From NCBI GenBank assembly GCA_951406725.2, contig OX597836.1, positions 16,430,001 to 16,494,000 on the forward strand: DNA of 64,000 nucleotides, given 5' to 3'. Made by a program: the position numbers and the translations under genes. This DNA comes from Octopus vulgaris (Eukaryota). A model generated the notes under the pieces. The model had not been told where the DNA came from, did no database searches, and was given only the letters and a program-made list of their open reading frames with translations. Each line of letters begins with the position of its first letter. Positions within the stretch are counted from its first letter, which is position 1. Positions 54,593 to 64,000 of this stretch are shown in pieces.

Positions 54593-55125
54593 TAACTTTT
54601 ACAGGTTTCAGGTTGGTCACCGTCATCAGACTGTGCTGTAGAGCAAGTTGGAAATTTGAATTCACCGTCAATATTTTCCTTGTAGAAAGTTTAACAAATA
54701 TGCACTCTGCTAAAAAGTATTGCGTGATCTTTAAGTTCAGTGGTTAATTGGTTTTATATATAACTTGATATAAAAACACACATTAATATATTTGTCTATG
54801 AATGTGTGTATGTGTGTATGACTGTATGTGTGTGTGTATGTACCGGTGCTCGAGATACTCGGAGCAACGATTTCGGAAGACTAAGCATCCATTAAATTAC
54901 ATAATTGTATCATCTTTTGGGAATGAGTACTCACTCCTCTTCTTCCTCTTGTTTACACTTACACATTTACATACACAAACACACACATATACACATGCTT
55001 ATATATACACGTGTTTGTGTATGTATGTATATATATGTATATGTGTGTGTATGTGTGTATGTATGAATAAACGTGTACATATATATATATGCGTGTGTGT
55101 GTGTATATATGTATATATGTATATG

Positions 55126-55160
<35 letters not shown>

Positions 55161-55317
55161 AATGAAACTCTGCCACCCCCTCCTTTCCCATCCGTCTTAC
55201 TAACTATACTAGTACACTAATGCCGTCTAGAATTTCATTTCCTTTGAGTATTTCTCTTGGAATTGGTCACATTCCAACACACAACAACAAACACTCAATG
55301 ATGACGATGATAATGAC

Positions 55318-55371
<54 letters not shown>

Positions 55372-55428
55372 GATGATGATGATGATGATAATGACGTTGA
55401 TGATGATGATGATGATGACGATGATGAC

Positions 55429-55471
<43 letters not shown>

Positions 55472-55477
55472 ATGATG

Positions 55478-55533
<56 letters not shown>

Positions 55534-55612
55534 CATCATTTTCGACCCAGTCTTTATCAATTAAAACTAACTCCTCACGATTTTTATCTCGTTGATAGTG
55601 TTTTCCTTTGTG

Positions 55613-55677
<65 letters not shown>

Positions 55678-56186
55678 AAATTTACATTAAGCAAATCCGA
55701 CATTTTTCTTCTTTCCTTTATTTTTTTTTTATTTTTTTTTTTTTACATTCCTATCATAGAGACCAACGCACTAGACTCTGGGAATTCTTTACCGTGGTCT
55801 GGTCTGGTCTGTGTACTTTGTTAGTTATAGCAGCCTAATCTCCCATCAGATAACACCACGCAGCGAAGGACACATTGCATCATGTCTTCCCTAAGATAAA
55901 AAAACTTTCTGCGAAAATAAAAGACAGGAGTGTCCCGTTTGGAATTCCGATCGCCATAGACCCACTGACTCAAAACTGATTTAGGGGTCCAAAAACAAGT
56001 AAAACATATACTGACACACTACCCCGGTACATACCCTTCTCCGACCAGTACTCCGCCCTTAAGATGTTTGTTTTTTTAAACATACTCAACACCATAGCAA
56101 ACGAAAGAATTGTAAACTCCATTTTGTCTCCTCGTAAATAAAGAGAGGAGGGGACACAATATCATCCCGGCAATCTTTCGTCTCTA

Positions 56187-56579
56187 GTAGACCTTTCCGT
56201 CGATTTCCGTAAAAAAGTTGTTTTTTTTTTACATATGGGCTTGCGGGAACTTTTGAAGTAATGAGAGCGAAAGAGACTAAGAGAAAGCGATTGTATGACG
56301 AGGGAAGTTCTTTTGAAGTTACCGTCCAGGGGAAGCATTGATGTACATGTGTGTGTGTGTGTGTTTTTGATGGGGTGTGGGAGACAGACAGTATGTTGTG
56401 TAAGTGAAGTGCTTCTGTTAGTGTGTGTGAAGAGACAGAGTAATGTGTGAAAGAAAGAGATAACTGAAATTTTTTACTCGGTGTATGTGTATATATATAT
56501 GTATATTACTTCAAAAGTTCCCGCAAGCCCATATGTAAAAAAAAAAAAAAAATTTACGGAAATCGACGGAAAGATCGCC
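56187..56579. mobile_element. MITE with ~75-bp terminal inverted repeats and TA flanks
   Basis: ctttccgtcgatttccgtaaa...acatatgggcttgcgggaacttttgaagtaat (56193-56262) is inverted at 56504-56573; TA at 56185-56186 and 56580-56581. Confidence 0.85.
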
Positions 56580-56671
56580 TATTATCCCTAATATCCCCAA
56601 ATATTAGGGATAGCAGGAACTGGTATGAGACAGTTTTAAAATCCCTACACTAGACCTGCATGTCCGTTATG

Positions 56672-56745
56672 ACAGCGGTCCCCAACATTTTTTTACACCA
56701 CGGACCGGTTACATGCACGTTAATTTTTCCACAGACCGGTCGGGA
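56672..56745 (+). mobile_element. hAT (Charlie-like) left end
   Basis: cagcggtccccaacatttttttacaccacggaccggtt. Confidence 0.55.
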
Positions 56746-56915
56746 TCACATGCATATTAAAACACAACAAAGAGCATGATATATATTTTAATTATTACAG
56801 ATATAATACATTTGTAATACACTAACAGAATCCGTGGAAATTCAGCAGTATAAATCAGCACATTTTATTTTAGTATATTACACACGAACAAGGAGTTTGA
56901 TATCCTGCCATTTAA

Positions 56916-57575
56916 TAAGATAGCGAACTGGCAGAATCGTTAGCACGCTGGTCAAAGTGCTTTGCGGTATTTCGTCTGCCGTTATGTTCTGAGTTCAAAT
57001 TCCGCCAAGGTCGACTTTGCCTTTCATCCTTTTGGGGTCGATAAATTAAGTACCAGTAACGCACTGGGGTCGATGTAATCGACTTAATCCGTTTGTCTGT
57101 CCTTGTTTGTCCTCTCTGTGTTTAGCCCCTTGTGGGTAGTAAAGAAATAGGTATTTCGTCTGCCGTTACGTTCTGAGTTCAAATTCCGCCAAGGTCGACT
57201 TTGCCTTTCATCCTTTCGGGGTCGATAAATTAAGTACCAGTAACGCACTGGGGTCGATGTAATCGACTTAATCCGTTTGTCTGTCCTTGTTTGTCCTCTC
57301 TGTGTTTAGCCCTTTGTGGGTAGTAAAGAAATAGGTATTTCGTCTGCCGTTACGTTCTGAGTTCAAATTCCGCCGAGGTCGACTTTGCCTTTCATCCTTT
57401 CGCGGTCGATAAATTAAGGACCAGTAACGCACTGGGGTCGATGTAATCGACTTAATCCGTTTGTCTGTCCTTGCTTGTCCCCTCTATGTTTAGCCCCTTG
57501 TGAGTAGTAAAGAAATAGAAATAGGTATTTCGTCCGTCTTTACATTCCGAGTTCGAATTCCGCCGAGATTGACTT
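56916..57575 (+). mobile_element. SINE C trimer inside an older SINE C copy
   Basis: Diverged head, three homogeneous units, then old-type remainder ggtatttcgtccgtctttacattccgagttcgaattcc. Confidence 0.9.
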
Positions 57576-57989
57576 ATCGTAAAACTGCGAGAGAAAAAGT
57601 TAGTTCTTCGACTTTACAGGCTATAGTAAATATATATTCCATGGCGTAAGTGGTTGAGTATACCGTAGAGAACCAACCAACCAACTAACCAGATGGCCAA
57701 AGAAACACAAGCAAGTAAATAAGCAAGGAGCAAGCAAGCAATCAAGCAAGTGCACAGGCAAGCAATACGAAAAGCCCTCAAAGCCCCTCACACTCGCAAA
57801 CAATCCGAATCTGAAATTAAATCCTTCTACACTTATTTTTAATCCCACCATGCCCTTCACCCGTAAAAGAATTTCTCTTGATATTTAGGTTAGACGGTTT
57901 ACGTTCTGTTAAGATTAAAACTAAGTTATGTTAAGTTAAAGTCAACCGTTGTTGTTGTTGTTGTCGGCGTCGCCACCGCCGCCGTTGTC

Positions 57990-58022
<33 letters not shown>

Positions 58023-58033
58023 AAAGTCGTGTC

Positions 58034-58091
<58 letters not shown>

Positions 58092-58100
58092 AAAGTAGTG

Positions 58101-58136
<36 letters not shown>

Positions 58137-58341
58137 AAAGTAGTAAAAGTAGTAAAAGTAGTGGTAGTAGTAGTAGTGGTAGTAGTAGTAGTAGTAGTAG
58201 TAGCAGTAGTAGTAATAGTAAAAGTAGTGGTAGTAGTAGTAGTGGTGGTGGTGGTGGTAGTAGTAGTAGTAGTAGAAGTAGTGGTAGTAGTAGTAGTAAA
58301 AGTAGTGGTAGTAATAGTAGTAAAAGTAGTAGTAGTAGTAA

Positions 58342-58379
<38 letters not shown>

Positions 58380-58391
58380 AAAGTAGTGATG

Positions 58392-58426
<35 letters not shown>

Positions 58427-58445
58427 GGTAGTAGTAGTAGTAGTT
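57990..58445. repeat. (TAG)n microsatellite punctuated by TAAAAG
   Basis: Read directly. Confidence 0.95.
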
Positions 58446-58624
58446 ATTGTTGTTCTTGCTGTTGTCGTTGTCGTCATTATTGTTGCCGTTGTTTACCGTT
58501 ATTGCTGATAATGAAAAACATGTTGGCTGGGATGAAGCAGTGGTTAGGGAACGAATTCATGTAGTGCACTGACTGACTGTTGTTGTTGTTCCTATTGTTG
58601 TTGTTGTTGCTACTGCTGCTGTTG

Positions 58625-59013
58625 CTGTTGCTGTTGAGCGAAGCAGTCTTCGTCCCCAGAGCTCGCAAGATGGGAGAAGTCCGAAACGTTGTCCTTTTGC
58701 TATTCGTAAGACCCACAGAAGAGAAAGCAGGTCAAACCCCCCCCCCCCCCGACACTGAGAGCATCGACGGATGGATGAATGCGCATCCAGGCTCAGCGGT
58801 TGCGTAGGAAGCCGGGGACAAGAAACAGGAAGAAAGAGTGAGAGAAAGTTGGAGCGAAAGAGTACAACAGGGGTTGCCACCACCACCTGCCGGAGCATCG
58901 TGGAGCTTTAGGTGTTTTCGCCCAATAAACACACACAACGCCCGGTCTGGGAATCGAAACCGCGATATCCGACTGCGAGTCCGCTTCCCTAACCACTAGG
59001 CCATTGCGCCTCC
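58625..59013 (-). mobile_element. SINE family A head with alternative tail 3
   Basis: Head and ~190 bp shared with family A, different 3' part ending in (CAACAG)n; 18-bp TSD ttgctactgctgctgttg (58607-58624 / 59014-59031). Confidence 0.88.
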
Positions 59014-59514
59014 TTGCTACTGCTGCTGTTGTAGTTTCGCTCCTGACGGAGCAAGCCTATGAGCAAACACATTCCTGTCATGACCACACCGTCTGTTTGT
59101 TATGTCTAACATCACAACCGTATCTAATCTATACTTTTCCTTCTCAACACAACAAACTGTGATATGAGGGAGGCTTCGCTACTGTTTCTAGCGAAACGGG
59201 CGACCACGAGGAGGCACCCTTTCGTTGGTTGACAGTAACTTCGAAGTCGCTGTCAGCATTTTCCTTGTAAAAAGTTTGATGAATATGTATATATACCTCA
59301 CAAACAATAAAACACAATATGTTTCACACTCTGGTCACGCTGGTAGAGGGAAACTAAAACAACAGAGTGGGAGTGTGTGATAGACAGAGATGCTAAATGC
59401 TGACGAACTGCTGTGAGAGGTTTTACTCTCCACAAGCTAGTATTTTAATAAAAATGAAACTACAAATTTTTATCGTAAATTATATTCAATTTATTAATTT
59501 CCCACACACACGTG

Positions 59515-59625
59515 CGCGGAGGACTTCTTTCAGTTTCTGTCTAAGAAAAATATCCCACATGGCTCTGGTCGACCCGAGGCTATAGCAGAAGACACTTGCC
59601 TCAGGTGCCACTCAATGGGACCGAA
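59515..59625 (-). mobile_element. SINE B fragment
   Basis: cttctttcagtttc...gaagacacttgcc. Confidence 0.7.
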
Positions 59626-59665
59626 CACTGTTAAAATATCTTATTGACGAGTTTCATTTCTTCAT

Positions 59666-59713
59666 TTCTCTGAAGAGGAGATAACAGTGATATCTTCGAA
59701 ACATGTGTCGGAA
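59666..59713 (+). ncRNA. Type I hammerhead ribozyme with canonical core
   Basis: TTCT-CTGAAGA-GGAGATA-acagtga-TATCTTC-GAAA-CATGTG-TC-GGAA; GUC cleavage site after 59709. Confidence 0.78.
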
Positions 59714-59837
59714 GTAAAAGAATTTTATACAAAATATTTCACGTAAACCCGGAGTTTCTACCCTTAAAAACAAAGAGCTACAACCTTTTTACTTGTGTCA
59801 TTTTTTGCTACCCTGTATAACTATTTGTTTTTTGCCT

Positions 59838-59892
<55 letters not shown>

Positions 59893-59921
59893 CAGACAGA
59901 CAGACAGATAGATAGACAGAC

Positions 59922-59980
<59 letters not shown>

Positions 59981-60001
59981 CAGGCAGACAGACAGACAGA
60001 C

Positions 60002-60079
<78 letters not shown>

Positions 60080-60723
60080 TGTGTGAGAGAGAGAGCGAGA
60101 GTGTGCGCTTATGGGGTGTATACCTTGTTAGTTGCCACGTTCGAACCTAAATAAACAAAATTTTGAATATGAAAACATTTAAAATTTCGGACGAGAAAGC
60201 AGCGGCGCTAAGCAGTTGTGGTTATGAATGATATCATTATTGTATATCATTTGCTGCTAATATTAATGGCTACTGGGAATTTATCGACCGGAACGGCACT
60301 CTAGCAGACACTTGCAGACTTTTCACTGCTCACTGACATTTCAAATTTCTTTAGAATCGATGCAATCCAATTAAATTTGATGGCGTCCGCATTTTGAAGT
60401 TTTGATTTTCAAAATGGCCGAACAACGCCTTTGGCAGACGACAGCAGTAACAACAACAACAACAACGTCTTAATGGGCTCCTCCATCTTAGCTCCTCCTT
60501 ATGTCAACACTGACAGACATTGAAAACCGTCTTTATTTCTTCTCCTATCTCATTGCCGTTGTTTTGAGGTTTTAGGGAGCAATTGTTGAGCTCCTTACTG
60601 AAATAGACTGCCAGTCAGATAATGCTTCCAGTCAAATCTAGTTTGCTTCTTCTGTTTAGATGCTACTGCTGTTGTTGTTGCTTCTCCTACTGTTACAGGC
60701 GATCTTTTTGTTGCTGTTGTTCC

Positions 60724-60815
<92 letters not shown>

Positions 60816-60892
60816 TATGTTTGACTTTAGTTTTATGTTTGTACAAGTTGGCTCCAAGTCTCACCCAGAGACCTCAAGAGACAACAGGTTGG

Positions 60893-61065
<173 letters not shown>

Positions 61066-61068
61066 CAG

Positions 61069-61275
61069 TAAGGCGGCGAGTTGGCAGAATCGTTAGCACG
61101 CCGGGCAAAATACTTTGCGGCATTTCGTCCGTCTTTTACGTTCTGAGTTCAAATTCCGCCGAGGTCGACTTTGCCTTTCATCCTTGCGGCGGTCGATAAA
61201 ATAAGTACCAGTTACGCACTGGGGTCGACGTAATCGGCTTAATCCCATGCCCCAAATTTGAGGCCTTGTGCTTCC
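61069..61275 (+). mobile_element. SINE C (tail-3-like)
   Basis: Full head and body, then aaatttgaggccttgtgct. Confidence 0.85.
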
Positions 61276-61283
61276 AATTGTTG

Positions 61284-61359
<76 letters not shown>

Positions 61360-61381
61360 CATCATTATTATTATTATTATT

Positions 61382-61960
61382 ATATTGTCTTTGCACAGCT
61401 TCTAACGCTGGAGATGTACTATGGTGTCAGCTGTTCACTGCCAGTGAACTAAGGTAACACTCCTTATTTTTCGAGCACCATCCGGAGTATTCGAGCTCTT
61501 CCAAGCAGTGCTGTTTTCTGCAAGTGCTCCACTCTTATTGCAGCCCTTATTTGTTTAATGTACTTCTCAAGATTTTTACTCACTGTTCTCAGGGCTCAAA
61601 CAGTTTTTGGTACTACGATTACCTTTCTCAGCGACCACAACTGCTTACCCTCCCAAGCTAACCTGTTATATCTATCGACTTTTTCTTTCTTCCTTATCGC
61701 ATACCTTGTTGTCAGCTGGGCATGCTATATCTATGATCCAGCATCGTTTGCTTTCTTTCTCAATTAAGACTATATCTGGTTTCCTATTCTCTATCTCATG
61801 GTCGCATTAAATCATAAAACCCCAAAGGATCTTTGCATTATTATTTCCGATGATGACTTCGGATTTATGTTCGTACCACTTTTTCGCTCTGTCAAGTCCA
61901 TACTTGTTGCAAAGTGTCCAATGGACAGTCCTTGCTATATTGTCATGACATCTCTTATAT
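61382..61960 (-). mobile_element. R4/Dong-like LINE 3' end
   Basis: HDNIARTVHWTLC...KILWGF...RKPDIVLIEK...WIIDIACPAD...VEHLQKTALLGRARILR; (TAA)n tail. Confidence 0.88.
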
Positions 61961-62041
61961 TCTTATTTTCTTCAAGTCGAGTAGCCCATCCAGCAAAAAA
62001 TGTCCCTGAATAAGGGTTGTTTAAGGACGATGAACAAAACA

Positions 62042-62585
62042 CATAGGTTCTCTTCTAGGATTCCGGAAAGACGTTATATCAGAACCCTGGCCAGCTACGT
62101 GTGGCACCTTAAGGATGGAAGAACATCATACGAAATTAAATGGAAGTTCATAGAGCAATTTGGATCCTAAATAAACGTGAGCGGGTGGTGCAAGCTTTGC
62201 ACAGCAGCGCAGGCAAAATCCTTAAAGACTCGCTTGACCCGGGGTCCCTTTTAAACTCCAGAAATAGCCCTTGTCCGCATTTTAAAAGCTACCGGCTGCA
62301 AGCGTGAGATTACCCGTTCGTTGATTAGGGCTAAATAATTGCGAATTCGAACAACCTAAGGACGGGGATTCCCCGTTCGTCGATTACGGTCATAAAATGG
62401 GCTGACCAGATCGATTTAAAGGCGATAATCCGTCCTGTTTAAGGCTTAGATTTTTCAAATTAACTAACTGTAATGGTTTTCTATCTCTAGTTTTAAGAAG
62501 GGTTATATGTCTGCGGCTGCCGGAGCCTGACGAATCGTCTATAAGGCTTTATTGATGCGAAACCTTTGGTCACTCTATGACCGGA
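62042..62585 (+). mobile_element. Penelope-like element 3' end (GIY-YIG C-terminal region plus terminal repeat)
   Basis: HRFSSR...TLASYVWHLKDGRTSYEIKWKFIEQ...WCKLC...LLNSRN..CPH matches the C-terminus of Penelope-type endonucleases; hammerhead motif downstream. Confidence 0.8.
62523..62575 (+). ncRNA. Slightly degenerate type I hammerhead motif
   Basis: GAGC-CTGACGA-ATCG...TGAT-gc-GAAA-CC-ttt-GG-TC-ACTC; one mismatch at the base of stem I. Confidence 0.62.
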
Positions 62586-62606
62586 CATATAATATAATAT
62601 AATATA

Positions 62607-62659
<53 letters not shown>

Positions 62660-63010
62660 ATAGAAATTAAATATAAAATATAAATTACAAAGTGGGACAA
62701 GAACGCAAAAACACACAAAAAGACGACACAAAAAAAACAGACGGGTCACTCGAAGCCTCTAATCTTCAGTCGGAACCGGATCATCTTAGCAATTTCGGCT
62801 GTTTAATCTCGATATCACTCCGAACGGCCAGCCCCAAGGAAAAACTAAGCCACAGGCATTAGATTTCTTGGAAAGAGGATCAAATGTATACGAAACAAAG
62901 ACAGGATGCCACACGAATATAAATACAAGAAACAAAAAATAGAAATAAAAAGCAAGAATGGTAAGGAGGACAAAAACAGCGGGCGTCTTATGACTTTAGA
63001 CAATTTTTAA

Positions 63011-63047
<37 letters not shown>

Positions 63048-63071
63048 TTTATTTAAAACCAGCAGAAATTC

Positions 63072-63124
63072 AACAAAACCTGTTACTCGGAGTTTCACGT
63101 TCCCGTTCTTCGGACAGTTTTGTT
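63072..63124 (-). ncRNA. Type I hammerhead motif with long stem I (U4C core variant)
   Basis: AACAAAA-CTGT-CCGAAGA-ACG-ggaa-CGT-GAAA-CTC-c-GAG-TA-ACAG-g-TTTTGTT; GUA site. Confidence 0.75.
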
Positions 63125-63237
63125 ATATATATATACACGCACGTATAAAAGAAAAAAAGTATGACACAACGACCCAGAGAGAGGCTAAGGATAACTGTCT
63201 TAGATGGATTGGTGGAGTATAGAGAGATTGCTAGATG

Positions 63238-63281
<44 letters not shown>

Positions 63282-63571
63282 GAGAGTGACAGAGAGGTGG
63301 CTACAGAGAGAGAGAGAGAGATGTCTGTAAAGAAACTTAGGCGTCTATGAGTGTAGTGTTGTATGTCTGTGTTTGTGTGTGTGAAGGTGAGAGGGAGATA
63401 AAGTGAAGGGGGCAAGAGAGGGCAATGAGTGTCCGGAGGTGATGGTCAAGTCTTAATTGACCATCTCAACAGGAGACATCTATAACAACCTCTATTGTTC
63501 AATATAACCGATATTGGACAACGGACAAAACTTTCGTTCCTTCCCCATTTAGAACTGAGATGATCAACAAA

Positions 63572-63638
<67 letters not shown>

Positions 63639-63693
63639 GCACACACACACACACACACAAACACACACACCTCACACCACGCACATACACACA

Positions 63694-63730
<37 letters not shown>

Positions 63731-63818
63731 CACGCCACACACACACACACGAGTGCATATAGACACAGATATACGTTTACGTGTATGTATGTATGTATGT
63801 ATGTACACACACATATAA

Positions 63819-63856
<38 letters not shown>

Positions 63857-64000
63857 GTATGCATGTATACATATATTCACAAACACACAAATATATTCAG
63901 TTACTCATGTGTGTATGCGTGTATGTATGCGTGTGCGTGTGTGTGTGTGTGTTTGTGTGTATGTGTGTGTGTGTCTCTGTGTCTGTGTGTACTATTACAA

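Noticed and set aside
54595-54635. CTGATGA...GAAA on the minus strand
   Set aside because: Stem I cannot form and the base of stem II is mismatched; likely chance.
62745-62800. CTGAAGA on the minus strand in a Penelope-like repeat
   Set aside because: No correctly placed GAAA or stem II.

Overview
Eukaryotic, gene-poor, microsatellite-saturated DNA. The repeat families look like those of an octopod cephalopod (probably Octopus); this is recognition from memory, not a database result. No intact protein-coding gene, rRNA, true tRNA or CRISPR array is supported, and nearly all listed ORFs are translated microsatellites or SINEs. The window contains decayed non-LTR retrotransposons (CR1, several R4/Dong-like, Tx1/L1-like, RTE, Penelope-like), DNA transposon relics (mariner, maT/Tc1, hAT MITEs, a Helitron 3' end) and four tRNA-headed SINE families (labelled A, B, C and E here), plus a non-autonomous (TAA)n-embedded element (D). 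Main observations: (1) a covarying 3' signal, stem4-CTTGT-stem4-N6-GAAA, is shared by the Tx1-like LINE and three otherwise different tails of SINE C; (2) SINE C inserts at (G)GTAT sites, including the GGTATT in its own tRNA head, and forms ~183-bp head-less tandem arrays; (3) five minimal type I hammerhead ribozyme motifs, one directly downstream of a Penelope endonuclease remnant; (4) fold-back palindromes nucleated on (TA)n; (5) one candidate 83-nt exon and several unique, motif-rich islands.
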